From Mobula hypostoma (lineage: Eukaryota), in contig NC_086097.1 in NCBI RefSeq assembly GCF_963921235.1, positions 222,768,001 to 222,832,000 of the forward strand: a stretch of DNA of 64,000 bases, in the 5' to 3' direction. The first letter of the stretch is position 1. Every line of letters begins with the position of its first letter. A program made the translations under genes and the position numbers. Shown piece after piece: positions 39,895-52,556 of the stretch. The notes under the pieces were generated by a model. It had not been told where the DNA came from, searched no databases, and was given only the letters and a program-made list of their open reading frames with translations.

Positions 39895-40090
39895 TACAAA
39901 CAAGAGAAAATCTGCAGATGCTGGAAATCCAAGCAACACACACAAAATGCTGGAGGAACTGAGCAGGCCGGGCAGCATCTATGGAAAAGAGTACAGTTGA
40001 CGTTTCTCGTAGAAATCCTGACTGTCCCTTTTTTTTCCATAGATGCTGCCTGGCTTGCTGAGTTCCTCCAGCATTTTGTGTGTGTTGCCT
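39895..40090. repeat. Inverted-repeat (hairpin) copy of the Penelope-derived short repeat
   Basis: gcaacacacacaaaatgctggaggaactgagcaggccgggcagcatctatggaaaa is mirrored by ttttccatagatgctgcctggcttgctgagttcctccagcattttgtgtgtgttgc. Confidence 0.8.
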
Positions 40091-41474
40091 GAAATCATCT
40101 TGATCGTTTCTAGTAAAATACAACTTGTTAACTAACAAATAACATCAATTCTGGAAAATTCGGTCGGGCTGAATGAAAATCGAAGCAGAAAATGTTATAA
40201 ATAGTAAGCAGGACAAGCAGAATGTGGGGATCCAGAAAAAGAATTACCATATCAATTTATACTTCTCCAGAAGATAGTTTGGTTAAGGTTTGGGGAGACG
40301 CATTATCAGGGGTCAGGTAGTCAGGAGGATACCGGAGTTCCTCCAGCATTTTGTAGGTGTTACTTAGTATGATACCTGATCAGTTTTCAGGAATCTTAGC
40401 TGAACATGAGGATTACAATTATGAGGACATAGGGAATTGTAAGGGAAGTGAGAAGTATTAGGAGTAAATCATAAACATGAGAAAGTCTGCATATGCAGGA
40501 AACCAAAGCAACACACACAAAATGCTGGGGCATCTCAGCAGGCCGGGCAGCATCTATAGAAATGAATGAACATTTGACGTTCCGGGCAGAGATACCAACT
40601 GTTTATTCATTTCCATGGTGCTGTCTGACATGCTGAGTGCCCCCAGCATTTTGTAAGTATTAGTAGCAAACTACAAAGAGCCTGGAAAATGATAGCAACA
40701 TATTTTGAAGGGTGCAGCCTCTTTTAACTAAAGTTGAAACAGGCTTCGTTTCTGCAGTGAAAGTCTGGTTCAGAATGTAAATGCATGGGAATATTACACA
40801 CAGTGTAATATAACAACATGTGCATTACATAATATTTGCTCCACTGCACATATATCGTCTGCATGGAAGACCCAGGCCAAATTTGTGGAAATGTATACAT
40901 GCATACTAAGTACCCAGTCTGGTTTAGCAGTCCAACTTAAAGTAAAAACCTCTCATGTTACCAGTGAATCAAATAAGGTGGTATATAATGTATTAATGGA
41001 CTGCAATTATTTTTTATTTGGAATGTTCTAAGACCCAAGTCCCAATGTGTAACTGAACATAAATAAAAATTAAAACTTACAAAATAACAAGCACTGGGCA
41101 GATAGTGCCCAGAGGAAATTATAAACGAATTTCAGTGTTCAGTCCTATCAGAGAAAAATGAGTTAGAGCTTTAGAAAAAGGGATGGTTAAAGGAGGTTGA
41201 TGCCAAATTTGAGTCACATTTTCATTTTTTTTTACATATTTCTGTTAATTTGTAATAGATTTATGGAGGAAGACATCTCTAACAGGGCAGCATTTATTCA
41301 CTATTCCTAATTTCCCTTGGAAAAAAGATCATCAGTCAACTTTTAAAAGACTGCAATTCATGAAGCGATGATACTCACAGGTTTGTCAATTTCAGGATTC
41401 AAAACAGTAAAGAAACAGTTATTTATACGGATGGTTTGAAACTTGGAAGGGAACTTTCAGCTGATGACCTTCTC

Positions 41475-41915
41475 ATAGCAGCAGAGCGGGTTATTGGCAC
41501 AGCATTACCCTCCCTCAGAGACATCTATACTGGCAGACTTCAAAAGAAGGCTACTTGTATTTCAAAGGATCCTACTCATCCTGGACATCACCTGTTTTCC
41601 CCTCTACCTTCTGGGAAGAGGTACAGAGCATTAAGGATGAAAACAAAGAGACTCCTTAACAGCTTCTACCCACAAGCAGTGAAATGTATAACACCCCCTT
41701 CCCTTCTCCTGCTTCCCTCCTAAGACGGCGGCAGCTAAATGCATCACACTACCCACCCCCCCCCCCCCATCCATATATTATTAATTTTGGACTGCACTCC
41801 TGAGGTTTTAGAGTTTATTTTATGTATATATTCTTTGTCATGCTGCAAAACGTTGAGCTGCTAGACTGTGTTTCATTGCTCCACAACAATGACAATAAAG
41901 ATCTTCTGTTCTATA
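41475..41915 (+). mobile_element. Rex/L2-type 3' fragment
   Basis: AERVIGTALPSL...DPTHPGHHLFSPLPSGKRYR...NSFYPQAV. Confidence 0.75.
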
Positions 41916-42587
41916 TACCTGCAGTCCTTGTCCTTCTGGGTTGCTGTTCAGAAGGTACTGTGTAAGAAGCCAAGGCAAAAATCTGCACGGTCAGTGTTCC
42001 TACGCTGCAACCCTGCCAGTAGAGGGACATGGACATGGAGTGATTCCAGTGAAACACACCACATTATCCCAATCTGGTGTTGATCTTCCTGGGTCTTGTT
42101 GGAGCTGCACAAATCCAAACAAGTGGAGAGTCTTCTATTGCAAACACAGAGTTTTCTACCTGTGCTGGAAATCCAGAGTAACACACACAAAATGCTGGAG
42201 GAACTCAGCAGGCCAGACAGCATCTATGAAAATGAATAAACAGTCGGCGTTTCAGGTTAAGACCCTTCATCGGGACTGGAAAGGATGGGGGAAGACACCA
42301 GAATAAAAAGGTGGGTGGAAGAGAGGAGGAAAGCTAGAAGGTGATGGGAGAGGCCGGGTGGATGGGAAAGGTAAAGGGCTGAGAAAAAGGATTCTGATAA
42401 GAGAGGGGAGTGGACGATCAAAGAAGGGGAAGAAGGAGAAGGTGATAGGCAGGTGAGGAGAAGAGGTATGAGGCCAGTGTGGGGAATAGAAGAAGAGGGA
42501 AGGAGGAGGGGAAAAGAAAAAAAGGGAAAAAAGTTACCGCAAGCTGAAATCGATGGTCATGCCATCATTAGAGGGAATAATTGGTAT

Positions 42588-42818
42588 TGTGAAGCACCTT
42601 CAATTACTCCAAAAGACTGAGGTTTGGTAAAATACTGAAAGGCTTTTATTCGCTGTACAATACGACCTCCACAGTGAGTGTCCGCCCCCCGACTGAGGGG
42701 GAGGGGCAAGGCGAACACCTTTATACAGGACTCTGTGGGAGGAGCCACAGGGGCAGTCAGCAGAGGGGTGTGTCCAGACAGGTAACCGAGTTACAACATA
42801 TATACATGGTTTACCACA
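42588..42818 (-). mobile_element. Short solo LTR (about 230 bp)
   Basis: TGTG...CACA termini, reverse AATAAA and TATA-like motifs, TAT duplicated at the flanks. Confidence 0.6.
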
Positions 42819-42850
42819 TATTGCTCCTCCACCCTGAGAGTGTCTTCATC

Positions 42851-45800
42851 ATAAGATCGTAAGACCGTAAGATATAGAAGCATAATTTAGGCCATTTGGC
42901 CCATGGCTGAACTATTATTCCTCGCAGCCCCAGTCTCCTGCCTTCTCCCCATATCCCTTCATGCCTTGACCAGACAAGAATCTGTCAACCTCTGCCTTAA
43001 ATATTCATAAAGACTTGGCCTCCACAGCAGCCTGTAGCAACGAATTCCACAGTTTCACCACTCTCTGGCTAAAGAAATTCTTCCTCACCTCCATTCTAAA
43101 AGGATGCACCTCTCTTCTGAGGCTGTGTCCTCTGGTCCTAGACTCTCCAATCACAGGAAACATCCTTTATCGAGGCCTTTCACCATTCAAAAGGTTTCAA
43201 TTAGGTCATTCTTCATTCTTCTTAATTCTAGTGAATACAGGCCCAGAGCCATCAAACACTCTTCATATGACAAGCCGTTCAATCCTGAAATCATTTTCAT
43301 GAACCTCTTTTGAACCCTCTCCAATGTCAGCACATCATTTCTAAGATAAGGGGCCCAAGACTGCTCACAATACTCAAAGTGAGGCTTCACCAGTGCTTTA
43401 TAAAGCCTCATCATTACATCCTTGCTTTTATATTCTAGTCCTCTTGAAATGAATGCTAACATCACATTTGTCTTCCTCGCCACAGACTCAACTTGCAAAT
43501 TAACCTTTAGGGAATCCTGCAGAAGGAGCCTCAATGCCCTTTGCACCTCAGATTTTTGAAATTTATCTCCATTTATCCTTTTATTTCTTCTACCAAAGTG
43601 CATGACCGTACACTTCTCGACTCTGTATTCCATCTACCACTTCTTTGCCCATTCTCCTAATCTGACTAAGTCCTTCTGTAGTCTCTCTACTTCCTTAAAA
43701 ATACCCGCCCTCTTCTATCACTGCAAACTTTGCAACAAAGCCATCAGTTCCGACATCCAAATCATTGACACAAAGCTCTCTTGTAATATCATGGCCTCGA
43801 AGCTTGTTAAGCAGTCTCATGTGTGACACTTCGTCAAAGGCCTTCTGAAAATCCAAATACAGTATACAACATCAGCAATCCCCTTTTGTTTATCCTGCTT
43901 GTTTTTTCTTCAAAGAATTTCAACAGATTTGTCAGGCAAGATTTTCCCTTGAGGAATCCACAAGACCACAAGACAAAGGAGCAGAAGTCGGCCATTCGGC
44001 CCATCAAGTCTGCTCAGCCATTTTATCATGAGCTGATCCATTCTCCCATTTAGTCCCATTCCCCCACCTTCTCACCATAACCTTTGATGCCCTGGCTACT
44101 CAGATACCTATCAATCTCTGCCTTAAATACACCCAATGACTTGGCCTCCACTGCTGCCCATGGCAACAAATTCCATAGATTCACCGCCCTCTGACTAAAA
44201 AAATTTCTTCGTATTTCTGTTCTGAATGGGCACCCTTCAATTCTTAAGTCATGCCCTCTCGTACTAGACTCCCCCATCATGGGAAACAACTTTGCCACAT
44301 CCACTCTGTCCATGCCTTTCAACATTCGAAAAGTTTCTATGAGGTCTCCCCTCATTCTTCTAAACTCCAAGGAATACAGTCCAAGAGCAGAAAAACGTTC
44401 CTCATATGTTAACCTTCTCATTCCTGGAATCATTCTAGTGAATCTTCTCTGTACCCTCTCCAACGTCAGCACACCCTTTCTTAAATAAGGAGACCAAAAC
44501 TGCCCGCAGTACTCCAAGTGAGGTCTCACCAGCGCCTTATAGAGCCTCAACATCACATCCCTGCTCCTATACTCTATTCCTCTAGAAATGAATGCCAACA
44601 TTGCATTCGCCTTCTTCACCACCGACTCAACCTGGAGGTTAACTTTAAGGGTATCCTGTACTAGGACTCCCAAGTCCCGTTGCATCTCAGAACTTTTAAT
44701 TCTTTCCCCATTTAAATAATAGTCTGCCCGTTTATTTTTTCTGCCAAAGTGCATAACCATACACTTTCCAACATTGTACTTCATTTGCCACTTCTCTGCC
44801 CATTCTTCCAATCTATCCAAGTCTCTCTGCAGACTCTCCGTTTCCTCAGCACTCCCGGCCCCTTCACCTATCTTTGTATCGTCAGCAAATTTAGCCACAA
44901 AGCCATCTATTCCATAATCCAAATCGTTGATGTACAATGTAGAAAGAAGCGGCCCCAACACCGACCCGTGCGGAACACCACTGGTAACCGGCAGCCAACC
45001 AGAATAGGATCCCTTTATTCCCACTCTCTGTTTCCTGCCAATCAGCCAATGCTCTATCCACGTATGTAACTTTCCCGTAATTCCATGGGCTCTTATCTTG
45101 TTAAGTAGCCTCATGTGTGGCACCTTGTCAAAGGCCTTCTGGAAATCCAAATATACAACATCCAGTGCATCTCCCTTGTCTAGCCTACTGGTAATTTCCT
45201 CAAAAAATTGTAATAGGTTTGTCAGGCAGGACTTTCCTTTAAGGAATCCATGCTGAGTTCTGCCTATCTTGTCATATGCCTCCAGGTACTCTGTAACCTC
45301 ATCCTTGACAATCAACTCCATCAACTTCCCAACCACCGACGTCAAGCTAACAGGTCTATAATTTCCTTTTTGCTTCCTTGCCCCCTTCTTAAATAGCGGA
45401 GTGACATTTGCAATCTTCCAGTCCTCCGGAACCATGCCAGGATCTATCGACTTTTGAAAGATCATTGCTAATACCTCCACAATCTCCACAGCTACTTCCT
45501 TCAGAACATGAGGGTGCATTCCATCTGGTCCAGGAGATTTATCTACCTTTAGACTATTCAGCTTCCTGAGTACTTTCTCTGTCGTAATTGTGACTGCGCA
45601 CACTTCTCTTCCCTGCCACCCTTGAGTGTCCGGTATACTGCTGATGTCTTCCTCAGTGAAGACTGATGCAAAATACTTGTTCAGTTCCTCTGCCATCTCC
45701 TTATCTCCCATTACAATTTCTCCAGCATCATTTTCTATCGGTCCTATATCTACTCTCACCTGTCTTTTACTCTTTATATACTTGAAAAAGCTTTTAGTAT

Positions 45801-46980
45801 CCTCTTTGATATTATTTGCTAGCTTCCTTTCATAGTTAATCTTTTCCCTCTTAATGACCTTCTTGGTTTCCTTTTGTAAGGTTTTAAAAACTTCCCAATC
45901 CTCTGTCTTCCCACTAATTTTTGCTTCCTTGTATGCCCTCTCCTTAGCTTTAACTTTGGCTTTGACTTCTCTTGTCAACCACGGTTGCATCCTTTTTCCA
46001 CTTGAAAATTTCTTCTTTTTTGGAATATACCTGTCTTGCACCTTCCTCATTTCTCGCATAAACTCCAGCCACTGCTGCTCTGCTGTCCTTCCTGCCAGTG
46101 TCCCCTTCCAGTCAACTTTGGCCAGTTCCTCTCTCACGCCACTGTAATTTCCCTTACTCCACTGAAATACTGACACATCAGATTTCAGCTTCTCTTTTTC
46201 AAATTTCACAGTGAACTCAATCATGTTATGATCACTGTCTCCTAAGGGTTCCTTCACCTCAATCTCTCTAATCACCTCCGGTTCATTACACAATGCCCAA
46301 TCCAGTACAGCCGATCCCCTAGTGGGCTCAACAACAAGCTGTTCTAAAAGGCCATCTCGCAGACATTCTACAAATTCTCTCTCTTGAGATCCAGTGCCGA
46401 CCTGATTTTCCCAATCTACTCGCATGTTAAAATCCCCCACAATTATCATAACACTGCACTTCTGACAAGCCTTTTCTATTTCCAGTTGTAATTTGTAGTC
46501 CACATCCCTGCAGCTGTTTGGAGGCCTATAAATAACTGCCATCAGGGTCCTTTTACCCCTGCTATTCCTTAGCTCAACCCATAAAGATTCTGCACCTTCC
46601 GATCCTATATCACCTCTTTCTAATGATTTAATATCATTTCTTACCAATAAAGCCACGCCTCCCCCTCTGCCTACCTTCCTATCCTTCCGATACACCGTGT
46701 ATCCATGGACATTCAGCTCCCAGAGACATGTATCCTTTAGCCAGGTCTCATTGATGGCCACAACATCATACCTGCCAATCCTTGCTGACTATGGCTTAGT
46801 GGGCTCAACCATGAGCTGCTTTGAAAAGCCTCCTCACAGATATTCTAGAGATTCCCCCTCTAGGGATCCAGCACCAATCTGATCTTCCAAATCTACCTGC
46901 ATATTGAAATCCCCCGTGACTATTGTAACATTTCTCTTTTGGCATGCATTTTCAATATCACGTTATAATCTGTAGACCAC
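42851..46980 (-). mobile_element. Decayed, internally deleted CR1 (host of the intact CR1)
   Basis: ORF 43187-43633 is a CR1 C-terminus. The host resumes at about 46782 (tgctgactatggc) and then jumps to APE-region sequence. Confidence 0.8.
43961..46776 (-). mobile_element. Young CR1 with uninterrupted 903-aa ORF2 (APE endonuclease and RT), slightly 5'-truncated
   Basis: ORF 44050-46761: AINETWL, YRPPN, IVGDFN, LGDSDHN, YLDFQKAFDKV, KFADD. Intact 3' UTR. AATCC at both junctions. Confidence 0.95.
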
Positions 46981-46987
46981 AGCATAT

Positions 46988-47754
46988 TGTTACGCATCAG
47001 CAGCAATAGATATGAAACTGAGTTGGATTTTTACAAATAAACAACGGAATTTATTAACCTCTACTCAAAAACATAGAAAAGTAAACAAACCACTAACTTA
47101 AATGGAAGTTAACTGTGTTATGTGTCTATACTTATCAAACAGTCGAACTTAGAGACAATTCTTAATAGATCTTATTCAAGCACAGTCTTAAGGTGGTAGT
47201 TCAAAGAGTCCAAGTGATTTATGAAATAAATGAGAGGACAGACTTCCCGAACCAGCGATGAAGAAAAGACGAAACTGCTGACGCAGATCCCAGCCGAGAA
47301 ATGCCTTGTCCGAAGAGATCATGAAGAATAAGATTTCTCACAGTAACTGACCTTTCGCAGGAGGTGGTCAACACACAACACCCGAGACCATGCAGGGGTT
47401 AACCAAAAGTGTGTGCCACAATACCCGTATGGACCATACCAAATATCAGTCACATTCAAGGCACACAGAACGCCGTTGATTTCTCAGGTTCGTACGAAGC
47501 TGGCAAACTCTTCACTCTCGCTCTCTCTCTCTTTCCTCGATTACGTAACCACCAACTGTGACTACCCAGCAAAACAACTATGCAACAAACTGCGGTCCCC
47601 CTTTTATACCAATTGGAACACGCCATCACGTGACATCACATCATCCCACTATCACAGCCACTACATCATACTAATATCATGAGACAATTACATCATGCCA
47701 ATATCACAAGACAATTACATCATGTTCATGAGATACTCATGAGAACAGGTAACA
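46988..47754 (-). mobile_element. Solo LTR, 767 bp, 4-bp TSD ATAT (Gypsy-like)
   Basis: TGTTAC...GTAACA termini, ATAT at 46984-46987 and 47755-47758, reverse AATAAA at about 47050. Confidence 0.8.
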
Positions 47755-48964
47755 ATATGGTAGAAGAGGGGGCCACGGACCGACATGTCAGAAAGAGAAT
47801 GGGGACAGGAATTAAAATGGTTGGCCACTGAGAAGTTCTACTTTTGGCAGATGGAAATGGAGGTGTTTAACGAAGCAGTCCCCTAATTTATGTCAGGTCT
47901 CACCAATGAAGAGGAGGCCACATGAAGCGGCACAGATGCAATTATCAAGGCTTGGAACATGGACTCTTCAATGTAGCCAACAAAAAGGCAGGCATGCAGG
48001 TGCCCGTGGCTACCACTTGGGTTAGGAACGCATGGGAAGAGCCAAAGGAGAAATTGTTGAGTGTGAGGATCAGTTCTGCCAGATGGAGGGGGGTGGTGGT
48101 GGAGGGGAACTGGGTGGGTCCCTTGTTGAGTAGGAAGCGGAGAGCTTTAAGGCCTTCTTGATGGGGGATAGATGTTTATAGGGACTAGACATCCATGGTG
48201 AAAATGAGGTGGTAAGGGCCAGGAAATTGAAAGTTGTTGAGGAGATTGAGAGTATGTGAAGTGCCGTGGATGTAGGTGGGAAGAGACTGAAGCAAGAATA
48301 GAGTCGAGGTATGTAGACATGAGTTCAGTGGGACAGGAGTAGGCAAAAATAATGGGCCTGCCCAAACAGTCTGGTTTGTAGTTCTTGGGCAGGGAAGAAG
48401 GGAACTGAAGGGAAGAAGGGAGGCAAAAACAAGCAGGGCGGGGTAAGGGAACTGTGGGTTTGGTGGCAGTGGATGGGAGATCTACAGACTGATGAGGCTA
48501 GTGATGGTGTAGGAGACAATGGCCTAATGTTCTGGAGTAGGATCCCTGTCAAGGGGCAAGTAAGAGGAGGTGTCCGAGAGTGGCCACAAGATAGAGGTCA
48601 GGCTGCCACAATACTTCTTCAAGTATTCCATTATGCTTCTCATAAGCTTCATTGATGGTGATAAGGCTTCAAAATGTCAATGATGAGTCACTCCCGCAGT
48701 GTACCCAGCCACGGACCTCCTCTTGCATCTACAATATTTATGGTCTCCTTCAGTTGAACTTCCAGTGAATGGATTCCCATCCACAGATGCAAGAAGGAAT
48801 GGGCAGGCTGCTCACTATAAACTTTGGTTGCTGTCTTTATTTTGGAGGATGTCTTCCCTCTGCACATGGGTCCTGACATTGCTGATGAGAGCTCTTCACC
48901 ACACATTTGGAGAAAGTTGCAAGAATCTTTGGTGACGTTCCAAAGCTACTTGCATCTTGCATCC

Positions 48965-49550
48965 AATATGGGTTCCTGGGTGCCAGCATGTCTGAAGATC
49001 CATCCTGGGTGCAACATATCGATGCAATCATGAAGAAGGAACACTGGCAGCTAAGCTTCATTAGGCACTTGAAGAGATTTGGTATGTCACCAAAGACTGG
49101 CAAAGTTTTACAGATGTACAGTGCAGAGCACTCTGACTGCAAAACCACCTGGTTTGGAGGCTCCAACACACAGGAACGGAAGAGGCTGTAGACCCAGCCA
49201 GCTCCATCACACACACAAACCTCCCCTCCATCAAGAACATCTTCAAAAGGCAGTGTCTCAAGGAAAATGCATCTATCATTAAGGATCCCTACCATCTGGA
49301 ATATGCCCCCTTCTCACTGAGAAGGTACAGGACCTTACAGGCACACACTCAGCATTTTAGGAACAGCTTCTTCCCCTCTGCCATCGGATTTTTGAAAGGT
49401 TCATAAACACTACCTCACTATTCCTCTTGTGCCCTATTTATTTATTTTTATTGTAACTTATAGTAATTTTTAATGTCTTGGCACAGTACCGCTGTGACAA
49501 ATTAACAGGTTTCTGACATGTGTCAGTGATAATGAACCTGATTCTCTGAT
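48965..49550 (+). mobile_element. Rex/L2-type 3' fragment
   Basis: FLGASMSEDPSWVQHIDAIMKK...FIRHLKRFGMSPK; gataatgaacctgattct tail. Confidence 0.7.
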
Positions 49551-50399
49551 GTTTAGCCCAAGATGTTGATATGTTGACACCCATAAACCTGAATCTGCTG
49601 AGGTCCTAGGTTCAATCCTGGGCATCTCCAGGCTTGTGAGCTTAAATTTGAACATTAAACTCAAAATTGAACTAAAGAGGTCATTATAGATGAACGGCTG
49701 TCCAGACTGTTGCAAAACTATAACTTTGGATATCACTTTTAAATTGAATCCTGAAAACTACTTAATCAATCTTGGATAATAACTGACCCCAACCAACAGT
49801 GGTGTGCTAAAGGCACACCTTGAGGCAGACGGGCTACAGCAGATGAAGAAACAAACACCTCAGTAGCCACTTTATTAGGTACAGAAGGTACATAATAAAG
49901 AGTTTCAATCATTTATATGAAAGTTTGATAAATGATTTTTAAAAATCAAGATAACTACTCCAAGTAAATTCATGGATTATAAATTATTTCCATTTATAGG
50001 TACGGATTTGTAATCGTTTTATTGTCAGTATGAGATTAGAAAAGTGGTTATGTGTACAAATAAATGGGTTAGTGGAGCTGGACTCACAATCTAGTGACGA
50101 ATGTAGCGGACAAGTGGCAAAACTATATTCTCCGCAAGAAGTTTAGTTAAACTCCTTTTGCACGAAATGAAGTGCAATATGGAAATGCATTTCTAACGTT
50201 ACATTAAAACTGAGTGTTCTTTCCGCCTCGCCTAAAATAAAACTGGACAAATCTTTTTGAATTCACTCAAATTAAGTATCTGCTTTAAATTAAATGGCAA
50301 TAAACAGACATTGTCACACTTCCAAAATAAGTTACGTGCAAACATCAGAAGCAGAAAAGTATCTCAATCTCGATATATTAAGTTTAAGTAATTACAAAA

Positions 50400-51350
50400 A
50401 CCCTGCGTTTCTTTCTATTTTTTTTCGATATCTTTGCTGTTTTCCAATAAGCGGACGAATCAACATTATTCACATGCCTAAATCTAAATCAGGAAACAAT
50501 GATCCCTTTCAGATAAAGGCTCACGAAACGCGATTCACGGTTTGCGGAACGCCCAGCCCTGCTGAATTCCCTTTTACCTGGACAGGTCAGGGTGTAATCG
50601 TAACAGCAATCGCCAATGCTTTTACACGCTTCGTCGCAGTAGCAAGTCCCGTAAACTCGATCCATTCTCCAACCTGAGCTGCTGCACCCATGGTCCCTGC
50701 CTTTGCAGCATTTTTGCGATTCGGAGCACCCTGCTTCAGTAACATCCAAAAGCCACACCAGTTCCAGAAGTAGAAAAATGAGTTGTTTACTCCACATTGT
50801 AATACAGTGCTGTTCCCGCAGTAAGTGGGGCAATTGGCGTCCACAGTGAAAAACTGCACAGCGTGTCAACTCTTGTATTACTGACGTGGGTTTCAGTCAA
50901 AAAGAAAATAGTTCCATCAAAGATAATATTCTTTTTTTTAATCCAGAAGAGAGCTCTTATTTTTTTAAAGGTGCTTTCAGATTAATGCTACCAAACTTGT
51001 TCCTTTCTGTTTTGGAAATATGACTTCGGGAAAACCGCGTTAAGTAATTAAATTCTAAATATGAGAAAAGTTAAACTTTTCTAATTTTACAAAACAAAAT
51101 ATAGCCCCGCCGAGAACGATAACCCTTGGTCGGAGGCTGAAATTGGAAGAATATTGTATGGTGATTTGTTGTGACTTGTTTTCAAAGATGCCAGCAAGAA
51201 CGATCACTCACAATGTTCAGTCGACTGACGCGGAGCGGCCAACCCGACTGCGTTTTGAGTGCCATTTGAAACAGCCGAAGGAATTTAACAGTTGGCTCCA
51301 ATCCATGTTAAAAGAGCCAACTGAGTACGGGGGCTGGCTCCGCTATCTCT
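50400..51350 (-). promoter_or_regulatory. CpG-enriched SBSPON promoter / first-exon region
   Basis: CG dinucleotides are visibly retained compared with the flanks. CRE-like TGACGT at about 50882-50887, upstream of the ATG. Confidence 0.45.
50578..50797 (-). CDS. SBSPON: SBSPON exon 1: signal peptide and somatomedin-B domain
   Basis: MWSKQLIFLLLELVWLLDVTEAGCSESQKCCKGRDHGC...RVYGTCYCDEACKSIGDCCYDYTLTCP, then donor GTAAAA. 220 nt, phase 1. Confidence 0.93.
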
Positions 51351-52446
51351 AGTTAACTAATTTCTTTTTACCAGTGGGATCTTTAAAGACAACACAGGAA
51401 TATATTATTACTTGCCTATCTCATACAAAAACTGGTAACTATTTGTTGGCAGAACTAATTATCAATTACATCTATAAATGAACATTAATATTAAACTGAC
51501 ATTATTATTCATGCACTATTTTGCATAGTTAGCAAAAAGCTGCCAACCATATCCGTTGTATTCAACTGTGTATGAGAGTCGGAAAAACATTAAATGTGCT
51601 TTTAAGAAAATTATTTAGGTCCTCCGACTACACATGGTGGAAATCCGAAATACAAACGGAAATGCTGCAAATACTCAGAACATTAAGCTGCACTTAGGAA
51701 GAGACAGAGTTGGTATTTTAAAAGTTCCAAAAGAGACCAGACTCCAAAAATGATGATGTTGCAATGTGAACGAGGTTGGTAATAAGGAAATAAGGGGCAG
51801 GCTAGGGGCAAAACAGTCCTGCAGGTGAACAGAGATGAGCAGGTGGATAGAAGGAGAATACATTTCCCTTTCATGGGACCCTTAAATAATACACCAGGTG
51901 TAGGGCATATAGGCAATGGGCAGCATAACACCATCAATCTGCTATTGAATCAAAGGCAATACAACTTAATGAAGATAATTAGAATTTTTTGTAAAATGGA
52001 TTTAAACATCATGGATGACAATCTTGTGATAGAAAATGCATTTATATTAAAGAAATGAGATTCTTTCTCATTCAATTACCCTACTATATTGCTGCAAAGC
52101 CATTGGTATCTCATAACTCATTCTGTGAGCTCTCGAACAGCTCACCACCAAACAATTATTTTGTGCATTGATATCTCCGTCGCATTATGAAGTGTGCTGA
52201 ATCTTTTGCTTTCTGGGAAATAAACAGCAGACTGGCCTTCATGACTAGCAGATGCCTGGAAGGATGTGGCTATATGAAAACTAATTGCTGCAATACTTGA
52301 CAACAGGAAGTCAGGTTATGGTGGGCAACCATCACTGATTACACATTGAGGAAGAGGTGTATAAGAAGAAACTAAGAAGACATACACCCCTATCACAATC
52401 ACAGAACATCCAGAAGCACTTTACACCAAAGTACTTTTTTTAATGC

Positions 52447-52556
52447 CATACCTTATAAAGAGGAATGGCGGGCCACACAGTCTTTCGTTTTGCGCCTTGT
52501 AAGGCATTGCCCGACACCGGCCCCCTAGGCCTGAGTCGACGTAGTAGTAGTAGTAG
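52447..52556 (+). mobile_element. 110-bp LINE/SINE 3' end with (TAG)n tail
   Basis: TSD TTTTAATGC / TTATAATGC. Similar to the 3' half of the 32811 SINE. Confidence 0.7.

Larger units (their letters stand above)
42150..48600 (-). mobile_element. Penelope-like retroelement remnant hosting several nested insertions
   Basis: Terminal motif at 42150-42560. The host sequence resumes at 42819-42850 and at 47759. RT remnant GRPIIFAYSCPTELMSTYLDSIL at 48147-48365. Confidence 0.7.

Noticed and set aside
50798..50869. N-terminal extension of SBSPON in the ORF track
   Set aside because: It starts at a non-ATG codon. The ATG at 50797 directly precedes the signal peptide.
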